A stretch of 64,000 bases of DNA, taken from NCBI GenBank assembly GCA_023700255.1, contig JAJPRD010000005.1, positions 2,077-66,076 of the forward strand, read 5' to 3'. This DNA comes from Candidatus Thalassarchaeaceae archaeon (GTDB lineage: Archaea; Thermoplasmatota; Poseidoniia; Poseidoniales; Thalassarchaeaceae). Position numbers and translations under genes: made by a program. This document shows positions 1 to 9,700 of the stretch, piece by piece. The notes below the pieces were generated by a model. That model searched no databases and was not told the origin of the DNA. It was given only the letters and a program-made list of their open reading frames with translations. Each line of letters starts with the position of its first letter. The first letter of the stretch is position 1.

Positions 1-251
1 CCGTATTGGGAAATGTTAGAGTTAATGCCGTTGCTCCGGGTTGGACATTAACTCCTAAAAAATTAAATCAAGGTATTGATAAAAATACAATTGATATTGC
101 TACTGCTACCATGGCCCTAAAAAAATTAGCAACTCCTGATGATGTTGCAAATATCATAGTATCTCTATCATCTGACAAGATATCTGGGCATGTTACAGGG
201 CAAGTGATTGAAGTTGCCGGTGGAATGGAAGGTAGACTAATTCATTCTTGA
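1..251 (+). CDS. Short-chain dehydrogenase/reductase (SDR), C-terminal fragment; the gene starts upstream of the window
   Basis: The ORF runs off the 5' edge. RVNAVAPGWTLTP and GQVIEVAGGM are typical C-terminal SDR (FabG-like) motifs. Confidence 0.8.
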   Translation, partial: VLGNVRVNAVAPGWTLTPKKLNQGIDKNTIDIATATMALKKLATPDDVANIIVSLSSDKISGHVTGQVIEVAGGMEGRLIHS

Positions 252-417
252 TTAATTTTTATATTATAATTACTAACTTTATGTATGAATATCAGATTTA
301 TTCTGGAATTATCAATTAATGGTGTGGCCAACTTGTCATATTACATTTCGTATTTGATAGTCTATACTCAAATTATGATGGGCTAGTCATTTCATCCATA
401 GATTTCAAACACACAAT

Positions 418-846
418 ATGTCACGCTTATTCATGACTTTCACATCATCTCGGAGAATCGACTTCCCAATGGTAGATCTTGCTGGCATAGCTTACTATCC
501 AAAGTTTTGGGATTTAGCACATCGATTTTTTGAAGAATCATGGCATTATACTTGTAATTTACACTATAACGAAGTTTTACAAAAACATAAAATCGGATTC
601 CCTTTAGTACATAGTGAAGCATCTTTCTTACACCCATTGAAGTATGGCGATACCGTATTTTGTAAGATAAATGTATCAAATATTGGTAATTCATCAATCA
701 CATGGTCCTATGAACTTTCAAATCAAGATGGAAAGGTATGTTGGTCAGCAATCCAAACTACTGTTTGTACAAACATGGATTCAATAACTGAAAAAACTAA
801 TGTGCCCGATTGGATAAGAGAAGGATTAGAGAAAATAATGATTTGA
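418..846 (+). CDS. Hotdog-fold acyl-CoA thioesterase (4-hydroxybenzoyl-CoA thioesterase/YbgC-like)
   Basis: 142 aa. The FPMVDLAGIAYYPKFW...GFPLVHSEASFLHPLKYGD pattern is typical of the 4HBT thioesterase family. Confidence 0.7.
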   Translation: MSRLFMTFTSSRRIDFPMVDLAGIAYYPKFWDLAHRFFEESWHYTCNLHYNEVLQKHKIGFPLVHSEASFLHPLKYGDTVFCKINVSNIGNSSITWSYELSNQDGKVCWSAIQTTVCTNMDSITEKTNVPDWIREGLEKIMI

Positions 847-1245
847 TTATTTACTATTTTTATCTCGTGGCCATTTTTTTGATAAAGCTTCACGTAAATC
901 GTCATTCATTTTTGCATCCCACCAATTTGCTTTACGCCAAATTGCATATCTACCTCTAATACCCCTCAAATCGGCTCTATCCAATTTCGTACCTTGAAAA
1001 TTTGATAGATTCATTTTAGCCTTTAAAAAAATTGCATCTCGCATATCTGCGTTATCAAAGGATGCTTTCATTAGATTTGCTTGTTTAAATGACGCTTTTC
1101 TCATATCAGCACCTGATAAATCAGCACCTTCGAGATCGGATCCATCAAAAACTGCTCTTCTTAAATCTGCACCTGATAGGTCAATACCTCGCAAATCCTT
1201 TCCTATATGGGAACTATAAGACCAATTTTCTTTTTTTTTGTCCAT
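847..1245 (-). CDS. Pentapeptide-repeat protein
   Basis: Consecutive A(D/N)LxG-type pentapeptides: GADLSGADLRRAVFDGSDLEGADLSGADMRKASFKQANLMKASFDNADMRDA. Confidence 0.9.
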   Translation of the reverse strand: MDKKKENWSYSSHIGKDLRGIDLSGADLRRAVFDGSDLEGADLSGADMRKASFKQANLMKASFDNADMRDAIFLKAKMNLSNFQGTKLDRADLRGIRGRYAIWRKANWWDAKMNDDLREALSKKWPRDKNSK

Positions 1246-1400
1246 TTTCTCTACTCTTTTTTGGATTTACAAATAAGATTTATTTAACCCTCTTTTTGAT
1301 ACCATTAGATATTAATACATAAATGTTTTATAAAAATTTATAATTTTTAAATATACAACTTACCCGTGAAATTAAAATTAGCAGGCCCCGGGCGCCACAC

Positions 1401-2162
1401 ATGGATGACAGTACAAGCGCAGGTTATCCACTAATTTTACATCAAGGAGCAGATCCTTCAAAATTAGGTGGCGTAGCAATATGTGGATTCTCAACAGTCG
1501 GCTCTGTTGGCGTAATAGCAACTTCTCATTTGATAAAATCATTTAATTTACATCCCATGGGGACAGTTATGCATCCAAAATTTCCTGCAATTGCGTTGAT
1601 TCATGACTCTGTACCTAAACACCCAGTTAGAGTTTATCAAGGAGAAAAAATTGGAGTATTTACTTCAGAAATAAAATTTCCAAATGAGAATGATGTCTAC
1701 TTTGGTCAGACAGTTTTAGAGTGGTTTACAAAAGGAGGATTCGAAAAATTGATTGTTATAGATGGTGTTGTCAGTAATGATTTAGGAATAAAAGAAGAAA
1801 GTGACCTTTGGGGAGTATCTTCAACTATTACGGGTAGAAATAATTTAGATAATTCGAACATCAAAAGAATACAACAAGGTATAGTTTCTGGAATAGCAGG
1901 CTATCTCATTGCAGAAGGAGAACGACAGGGTTTGGATATTACAGCATTACTTTCAGAATGTAATCCTATGTATCCAGATGCGAGAGCGGCCCTAGTTGCA
2001 GTAGAGGGAGTAAGTGAATTATTGGATATGGAAATTCCCGTAAATAGTCTACTTGAAGATGCTCGTAATATTGAAGAAAAAGTTCGTGAAGCATTTACTA
2101 GAGCTAATTCTATAGCATTACCAGCACCTGATTCAGATGAAGATGATGTATCAATGTACTAA
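1401..2162 (+). CDS. PAC2-family (proteasome assembly chaperone-like) protein
   Basis: 253 aa. The N-terminal GFSTVGSVGVIATSHLI motif, the overall length and the acidic C-terminus resemble archaeal PAC2/DUF75 proteins. Confidence 0.55.
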   Translation: MDDSTSAGYPLILHQGADPSKLGGVAICGFSTVGSVGVIATSHLIKSFNLHPMGTVMHPKFPAIALIHDSVPKHPVRVYQGEKIGVFTSEIKFPNENDVYFGQTVLEWFTKGGFEKLIVIDGVVSNDLGIKEESDLWGVSSTITGRNNLDNSNIKRIQQGIVSGIAGYLIAEGERQGLDITALLSECNPMYPDARAALVAVEGVSELLDMEIPVNSLLEDARNIEEKVREAFTRANSIALPAPDSDEDDVSMY

Positions 2163-2738
2163 TTAATAGAATGGATTTGTACCAGCAGTGTGATCAGTAA
2201 TATCAACAACTTCGAAAATTCCAGGAACTTTATCTTTAATCATAACTTCTACGCCTTGCTTTAACGTAACATCTACCATTCCGCATCCTTGGCATCCCCC
2301 TCCAAAAGAAATTATTGCTTTACCTTCATCTACTCCAATTAGATTTACATGACCGCCATGTGATGCAACTGCAGGGTTAACCTCTTCAGATATTATTTCA
2401 GCAACTGCTTTCGACAAATCATCCACCCATAATGGATTGGGGTTATCAAAACTAAATCCTCCTCCCATCAAGGTTTCTTTGTAATCTATAGTCGTCCCTT
2501 CGAGATATATTTTACTTTTTGCGGCAACTAATACGTCCATGCCATCTATTTTAAGAGAAATATCGTCATCTTTTCCTTCTTCTGAATTTACTAACTGCAA
2601 ATCATATTGAAATCCTTTAGGGCCCCTTCCAATAATTTCTATCCTTAGAACTAATTGTTCAGAATCATCTGAATTTATTGCAAACTGATCAAGCATTTCA
2701 CGTGCCTTTGGGCTAATCGACAGCATATCTCTCATCAT
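2163..2738 (-). CDS. nfuA: NfuA-like Fe-S cluster carrier (Cys-less A-type N-domain plus Nfu C-domain)
   Basis: 191 aa. The C-terminal Nfu domain has VASHGGHVNL...GGGCQGCGMVDVTLKQGVE (CxxC). The N-terminal HesB/IscA-like domain lacks the cluster cysteines. Confidence 0.75.
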   Translation of the reverse strand: MMRDMLSISPKAREMLDQFAINSDDSEQLVLRIEIIGRGPKGFQYDLQLVNSEEGKDDDISLKIDGMDVLVAAKSKIYLEGTTIDYKETLMGGGFSFDNPNPLWVDDLSKAVAEIISEEVNPAVASHGGHVNLIGVDEGKAIISFGGGCQGCGMVDVTLKQGVEVMIKDKVPGIFEVVDITDHTAGTNPFY

Positions 2739-2781
2739 ACCCTATCACGCGACCTCTATTCAACCTGTTCAATATTTGTAT

Positions 2782-3057
2782 TCACGACGATACAACCCTC
2801 TCTCTGACAATTCCCCATTCTAGATTAGCCCACCCTCTTTCATGTAAATAATATAAAAACACCTTAGTAACTATTTCAATTCCTCCTATTGCAATTCCTG
2901 CCCCCCAACTTCCGGTAATCAATCTTGCAATTATTACTGTATCAGTAGTCGCCAAAATTCTCCAAGTCATTGTTTTTGCAAAACTTCTTTTTCGAGTTGC
3001 GTGGTCCATGTATGATGCTATGATGATTCTGATTTTACCTTTTTTATTTAACGCCAT
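2782..3057 (-). CDS. Small membrane protein (DUF2061-like)
   Basis: 91 aa. RSFAKTMTWRILATTDTVIIA followed by a second hydrophobic helix. Confidence 0.45.
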   Translation of the reverse strand: MALNKKGKIRIIIASYMDHATRKRSFAKTMTWRILATTDTVIIARLITGSWGAGIAIGGIEIVTKVFLYYLHERGWANLEWGIVRERVVSS

Positions 3058-3112
3058 AAATATTTAAAATTTATATAATTTTTATTATTCTTAACATAAT
3101 ACTCATCATCTC

Positions 3113-4129
3113 TTGCCTACACGTATCGATATGCTGGTCGACAAACACGGTCGGCAATTGAAAGATTTACGAATATCTGTAACTGATAGATGTAATTTCA
3201 GATGTAGATATTGTATGCCTAGAGAAAAATTTGGCTCTAACCACGCATTTATGCCCCGAAGAGCTTTTCTTTCTTTTGAAGAAATAGAAAAAGTTGTCGT
3301 CTCTTGTAAAGAATTAGGATTAGAGAAGGTAAGAATAACTGGAGGAGAGCCATTACTAAGGCCAAAACTTCATGAATTAATAAAAAAACTTTCTAAATTA
3401 AATCTAGATATTGCCTTAACTACTAATGGCTCTTTATTACGTAAGCATGCCAAAGACCTAGCCGCAGCGGGACTAAATAGAGTTACAATAAGCTTAGATG
3501 CATTGAGCCAGGAAATACATACTAAAATGACAGACAGTCAAACATCTATTGAAACAATTCTTGATGGTATAGATGCAGCAATTGAGTTTGGATTAACTCC
3601 GGTTAAGGTAAATTGCGTAGTTCAAAAAGGAGTCAATGAAGCAGAAGTCAAAAAATTAGTATCACACTTTCAAGGTACTGATGTCATAGTCCGATTCATT
3701 GAATATATGGATGTAGGATGTACAAATGATTGGATGCTTGGACAAGTCATCCCATCAAAAGATTTATTGAAATATCTTCAAAAAGATTTTGACTTAATTC
3801 CAATAAACTCAATTTCTTCAAGCGATGTAGCAAAACGATGGATGCATTCTGATAATTCGGGAGAAATTGGAGTTATTTCTTCAGTTTCTAAACCATTTTG
3901 TGGTGATTGTGTTCGTGCTAGGCTTTCAGCAAATGGTTATCTGCATACTTGTTTATTTGCCTCTGGTGGCCATGATTTAAGGGCCATAATTCATAACTCC
4001 GAAGATATAACAACTTTGACAAATGCAATCAGGGCCATCTGGGCAAGAAGAGATGATAGATACAGTGAACAAAGATCAACTGGAACTTCTGCATTACCTA
4101 GAATTGAAATGTCCTATATAGGCGGATGA
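3113..4129 (+). CDS. moaA: GTP 3',8-cyclase MoaA (molybdenum cofactor biosynthesis, radical SAM)
   Basis: Motifs: LRISVTDRCNFRCRYCMP (CxxxCxxC), ITGGEPLLR, and C-terminal CGDCVRARLSANG. The listed start is TTG; an in-frame ATG (MLVDKHG) lies 6 codons downstream. Confidence 0.9.
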   Translation: MPTRIDMLVDKHGRQLKDLRISVTDRCNFRCRYCMPREKFGSNHAFMPRRAFLSFEEIEKVVVSCKELGLEKVRITGGEPLLRPKLHELIKKLSKLNLDIALTTNGSLLRKHAKDLAAAGLNRVTISLDALSQEIHTKMTDSQTSIETILDGIDAAIEFGLTPVKVNCVVQKGVNEAEVKKLVSHFQGTDVIVRFIEYMDVGCTNDWMLGQVIPSKDLLKYLQKDFDLIPINSISSSDVAKRWMHSDNSGEIGVISSVSKPFCGDCVRARLSANGYLHTCLFASGGHDLRAIIHNSEDITTLTNAIRAIWARRDDRYSEQRSTGTSALPRIEMSYIGG

Positions 4130-5448
4130 ACTTCTAAAGCCAATTTCACAATTACATCCCAAGGGGCATCTGTTCTTATCGATGGTTTTTTCCCATAATT
4201 AGCCAAACCTGCCGCATAACCATTATTTCTCAATAAATCTACTAGTTTTTTAGGACTAGGAGGTGATCCAATTTCCAACCAACTGGATAAGTAATCGACT
4301 AGAATATGATGCGGAGTTTCAATTCCATTGGCTTCATCGGATAAATTTTTAACACTCTTTACAATTCTTCTTCTTTCATATTCAAAATCTTTCTCCGACC
4401 ATCCAAGATAATCATCTTTAGAATCGATTGGTGCACACATTTCAATAGCCCGTTCCTCAGTCATAAAAGCTAAAACATCTTTTTTCCCCATTTTTCCAAT
4501 CCATAAAGGTCCTGATATTCTTTTATCATTTCTTTCAACCGGATGAGAAAGGGGCAGAAAACAATCCATTGGCAAGATTTCTAGTGAGGTATCTGGTTGA
4601 AGTCCGGTCTTTATAGAGGCCTTAACTTCCTCAATTGTGGGTGAATAAATCCTCCATCCAATTGACTCCTCAACTCTATTTGCATTTTCAATACTCCTAA
4701 TTACTCTTACAGAAACTCTTAGATGATGTGAATCCCAAACTGACATCAAAGGCTCAATCGATCTTTCATGCCTCGCAGCACTCCTTCCAACATTGGCTAA
4801 TAAAACTCTAAGGGCAGAATCATGGGCCAAACCATCATTTCTTACTCTAGCTCCATAACGCCTTAATAGGGCATTTTTTGATGATCCTGTTAGTGCGGCG
4901 GTATCAGTTGCACTTACTTCTAAAATTCCTCTACGAGCTATTGATTGTATTGCTGTATCTATGAAAGGTACTGGAGATCCATATGGATCTATATCTACCC
5001 AATGCCAACCTTGTTCTAATACTGAAGCACGTAAATCGCCTCTTATGGTTTTTAATTTTCCACCTTTATTGTTAGGAGGAAACTCTTCATGATTCCTCAG
5101 AGCTAATTTTAATGCTTCCGGATCCATATCGATAATAGTAGCATTTATTCTTTTAGATGACTCTGGTGGTAATTCATTTAACCACCTTCTTGCTCTTAAT
5201 CCTGTAGCAGAAAGCCCATCTAAAGCATATATTTCACCATTTCCTAACAAATTATTTTCAATTGCATATTGCATTAACAATACACTTCTAGTTCTACTTC
5301 TGTTCATTGCCGGGTTGTAGAAAACTAATGATTCACCTTTAATTGCTGGCCCCACTCTAGTTTCATTCGGTTTAACATCTAACTTCATTAGAGTTTTACC
5401 TTCTCTATGTACAAACGTATCCAACGTCTCGGAGGTATGCACAACCAT
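4114..5448 (-). CDS. trm1: tRNA (guanine26-N2)-dimethyltransferase Trm1
   Basis: Motifs FYNPAMNRSRTRSVLL and VDIDPYGSPVPFIDTA are typical of the Trm1 family. The 3' end overlaps convergent moaA by 16 nt. Confidence 0.8.
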   Translation of the reverse strand: MVVHTSETLDTFVHREGKTLMKLDVKPNETRVGPAIKGESLVFYNPAMNRSRTRSVLLMQYAIENNLLGNGEIYALDGLSATGLRARRWLNELPPESSKRINATIIDMDPEALKLALRNHEEFPPNNKGGKLKTIRGDLRASVLEQGWHWVDIDPYGSPVPFIDTAIQSIARRGILEVSATDTAALTGSSKNALLRRYGARVRNDGLAHDSALRVLLANVGRSAARHERSIEPLMSVWDSHHLRVSVRVIRSIENANRVEESIGWRIYSPTIEEVKASIKTGLQPDTSLEILPMDCFLPLSHPVERNDKRISGPLWIGKMGKKDVLAFMTEERAIEMCAPIDSKDDYLGWSEKDFEYERRRIVKSVKNLSDEANGIETPHHILVDYLSSWLEIGSPPSPKKLVDLLRNNGYAAGLANYGKKPSIRTDAPWDVIVKLALEVHPPI

Positions 5449-5495
5449 GCCTCCCGGAACTACTACTCACAAAAGGTTCTGACGATTAGCATTAT

Positions 5496-6647
5496 TCAAT
5501 AGTGCTCAAAAATAACTTTAGGATCAATATGCGTGACTCTGTGACCATTATCATTTACGATACCTATAATTTTACATCCAGATAACCTATTATTTAACCA
5601 ATTTAGAACTTCTTGAGCATAATTAGGAGATACAGCGAGTACCATCCCAAGACCCATATTAAATGTTCTATGCATTTCTTTATTACTAATTGATCCAACT
5701 TCTGATATCCATTTGAATTCTGGATGAATAGGCATGGGCTGAGTGATATCCCAGCCTAATGAGCCATGTAATCTTAGTAAATTAGACAGGCCGCCTCCTG
5801 TGATATGTGCCAATGCTTTCAAATTAGTTGAATTACATGGGCCGTCTCCGCCCCTACATGATAATATTAGATCAATTATCGGATCTACATAAATTCTAGT
5901 GGGATTAAGTAATACTTCTCCAATGCATAAATCACCTGTTGAATCAGGAAATCTTTCAATTTCTCTACCTTCATGTGAAGTATCAAATGGAGAATTATCA
6001 TTAAGTTGTAAACCAGATCTTTCCAATACTGCTCTTACTAAGGTGTAACCGTTAGAATGAATACCACTACTTGGTAAACCAATTAAAACATCATCGACTT
6101 TCAGATTTTCACCAGTTATTGCCGCCCCTTTGGGAAACCATCCTAGTGCCGTCCCGGACATATCTAGTTCATTTACAATCCCAGGTAATGTTGCAGTTTC
6201 TCCTCCAGCAAGAGTTATTCTTGACCTTCTACAAGCTTCTGATAATGAGGCACCTAGAATTGCATGAACTTCCGGATCGGTTTTTGGAACGGCTATGTAG
6301 TCAACAAATGCAAGCGGTTCAGCCCCTACACACAGCAAATCGTTGACATTCATAGCTACACAATCTATGCCTACTCCCTCCCATCTTCTAATTTCATTAG
6401 CTAGTTGAAGTTTAGAACCAACTCCATCGGTTGCGAGCGCAAGTCGCGAATCTCCAAATTCTATAATGCCTCCAAATCCACCAGGTAAATCTACTGGAGC
6501 ACCTTTTTGTCCACTTTTTCTTGTGGATGAACTTAGTGCTGAAATTAAACTAGAAACGGCCAGGCCTTCTGCATCTATGTCTACTCCGCTCGATGCATAA
6601 TCCATTGGCTTAGACGATTTCACGCCCTGCCGAGCGACTGACATCAT
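5496..6647 (-). CDS. purM: Phosphoribosylformylglycinamidine cyclo-ligase (AIR synthetase) PurM
   Basis: YASSGVDIDAEG, GGFGG, ATDGVGSKL, DCVAMNVNDLLCVGAEPL, LAGGETA, GIHSNGYTL. Confidence 0.9.
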   Translation of the reverse strand: MMSVARQGVKSSKPMDYASSGVDIDAEGLAVSSLISALSSSTRKSGQKGAPVDLPGGFGGIIEFGDSRLALATDGVGSKLQLANEIRRWEGVGIDCVAMNVNDLLCVGAEPLAFVDYIAVPKTDPEVHAILGASLSEACRRSRITLAGGETATLPGIVNELDMSGTALGWFPKGAAITGENLKVDDVLIGLPSSGIHSNGYTLVRAVLERSGLQLNDNSPFDTSHEGREIERFPDSTGDLCIGEVLLNPTRIYVDPIIDLILSCRGGDGPCNSTNLKALAHITGGGLSNLLRLHGSLGWDITQPMPIHPEFKWISEVGSISNKEMHRTFNMGLGMVLAVSPNYAQEVLNWLNNRLSGCKIIGIVNDNGHRVTHIDPKVIFEHY

Positions 6648-6797
6648 ATCATATTCTCGGATTCAGATATCAACTCAAAAAAAGTTAGATTTTATATGCT
6701 ATTTCTAACTTAATTTATTATAGTATATAAAAGATTTAGATGATAGAGTCTATAAGTGTTACACATTCTCGGCCGGCCACGGAGTGTGTTTAACACA

Positions 6798-9700
6798 ATG
6801 AATAATAATAAAATAATTGCAATGATGATGACATTGAGTATGCTTGCAGCAGCGTTTGCAGGATGTCTCGGTGGAGATGATGAAGAAGATGTTGAAGATT
6901 GGACATTAATGGTCGCTAGCGACGTTAATGCTGAATTTGTAACATCTGATTGGGATCCAATAATTCCCAATTTGAACGCCGCGACTGGAATGTGTGATGC
7001 AATTCTTTCGTCTATGACAATAACTGACGCAAGGGAAGAAGTTGTCGATTTCACACGTGCTTACTATACAAGTGCGCAAGGAGTCATCGGAGCTACTGGA
7101 TCAGTTGCTATTACTGATGTTTCTGAGTTGAATATGGCTGGTACTACAATAGCAGTACAATCAGGAACAACTTCTGATCTGTATGCTGCAGATAATCTAG
7201 CAGCAGCTACAATCCAAGCATATGCAGATTGGCCATCAGTTATGGCTGCTGTTGCAGATGGAACAGCGCACTATGCTATTGGTGATGCACCTGTTGTAGC
7301 TCTTCAAGGAACTTTGTTAACTACTTTCTCACCTGAGAACTTTGGTATAGCAGTTCGTGATGATATGGATAATGAATTAGAAGATGCTCTTAACGTTGCT
7401 ATTACTGCTTTAGTTGCAAATGGTGAAGAGGCTGCTATCTTTGATGCTTGGTTCCCAGGCGATCCAAATACATTAGTGGATACTTCAACTGCTAGCACAG
7501 CAACTGCTTATCCAACTCCTACTGAAGGAAGCACACTAACTATGATTCTAGAATCTGGATCATTAAAATTCTGCTCAGATACAACATACCCTCCGTTTGA
7601 GAGTTTAGACGCTAGTGGAAATGCTGTTGGTTTTAGTGTAGACATGGGTCATGCAATCGTTGACGAAATAGCTGAACACTATGCTAATGTAGCAGATACA
7701 ACTGTTCTAGGATGTACTGATATGGATGCTTCAAACTATGATGCAGCCGCTAACCTAGATGACGGAAGTTGTGTTGAAGATACTATAGTCAAAATTGGTT
7801 TCTTGAATCCTATTACGGGAGCAATATCCCAATTCGCTCCTGCATTTACATATGCAGCAGCAGCAGCAGCTACTGACTTGAATACAAATAACAACGGATA
7901 TACTTTTGAAATTGTTACAGCCGATTCAGGATGCGATGGTACAGTTGCAGCAGCAGCAGCTCAAACACTAATTGATGCTGGTGTAGTTGCAGTAGCCGGA
8001 GCAGCATGTTCCGGTGCTTCAATGGCAGCAAATGCAGTACTTTCTGCAGCTGGAGTTCCAATGATCTCCTATGCAAGTACAAGCCCGTCATTAACTGACT
8101 CAACTGCATACCCGCACTTCTATCGTGTAGTTCCTAGTGATGCAATCCAAGGCCAAGCAATGAACGCTATGGTTACATCAACAGGTGTTACAAATCCTGC
8201 TTTAATCCATATGACTAACTCCTACGGAGCAGGTCTGGCTGATTCATTTGAATCAAATTGGGGTACAGAAAATCTATGTACAAAGATAGGATATGATGAA
8301 ACTGCAACTTCTGATTTCTCAGCAGCAGTTCAATCAGTTGTTGACGCTGGATGCGATTCAGTAGTTCTAGCATCTTATTCTACAGATGGTGCAATGATTA
8401 TCGAAACTATGGCAGTTATGGGAGCAACTCTTCCTATATTTGGTGCTGATGGTATTGCTGGTGAAGCAGCATTAGGTGATTATACAGAATCTGCAGTAGC
8501 TAACGGCGTTATGGCAACTAAGCCAAAAGCAGCAGTTGGCGCAGGTACTTTCTCTGCAGATTGTGCAGCCGATACAGTATGCTCAGGCGGTATATACCAA
8601 TCTGAAGTATACGATTCAGTTATGATGATTGGAGCAGCTGCCTTGATGGAAGATGGTGCAAACATGGGTATGCATATTCCTATGGTTGCAACTGCTACAA
8701 GTCCATATGCTGGTGCAAGTGGATCTCATCAATTCTTAGATAATGGTGATGTTGCTGGTGCAGGTTACGACGTGTGTATGTTTGCTCACGTACCAACATA
8801 TGGTGATTACTTCAATTGCCAAATGGTATGGACTGCAACTGGTGGTCTTGAAGCAGCAACATTCATGGGAGCAACCGTTAAGATTGGTTTCTTGAATGAT
8901 GCAACTGGACCTATCGCAGTGTATGCAGATGGTTTCGTAGCAGCATCTCAAATTGCTCTTCAAATTGCTAATACTATCGGATGGAACAGCATGGTTCAAT
9001 TCGAACTAGTTTACGCTGACTCAGGTTGTGATGGAACAGCAGGCGGTGTTGCAGCTCAAACATTAATTGACGCAGGTGTAGTTGGTGTAGTTGGAGCAGC
9101 ATGCTCTGGTGCAACAATGGGTGCTAATGCAGTATTATCTGCAGTAGGAATCCCAATGATCTCCTATGCAAGTACAAGCCCAGCATTAACTGATGCTACT
9201 GCTTACCCTGATTTCTTCCGTGTTGTGCCAAGCGATGCCCTACAAGGCCAAGCTCTCAATGCAGTAGTTGCAGCTGATATGCCAGCAGATGGAACAGTAG
9301 CTCTAGTCCACATGACTAACAGCTATGGTTCCGGATTAGCTGATTCTTTTGCTGCTGCTTATACAGCATCTAACAACACACTATGTACGCAAATCGGATA
9401 TGAAGAAACTGCTACTGATTTCGCTGCAGCTGTAACAGCTGTTATGGATGCCGGATGTACTTCAGTTGTATTAGTATCATATGCTGCTGATGGTGCAATG
9501 ATAGTTGATGAGATGGCTTCACAAGAATTCTCCGGCCAAATTTATGGTGGAGATGGAGTTGCTGAAGAAGGACTAGCAACAGATGCAACATCTACTGTTA
9601 ACGGAATTATCGCTACTAAACCATCATCAGGAACTATGGGTACTGTTGGATATGTATTCGCAAGTCTATGTGGTGCAAATGAAGCATGCGCTGGCGGTAT

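Noticed and set aside
6710-7054. 114-aa minus-strand ORF spanning the purM/SBP divergent promoter and the 5' end of the SBP gene.
   Set aside because: It is the mirror of the Ala/Asp/Glu-rich SBP leader (an SSTSSSSS run) and covers an AT-rich promoter region. The plus-strand gene has a clear signal peptide and domains.
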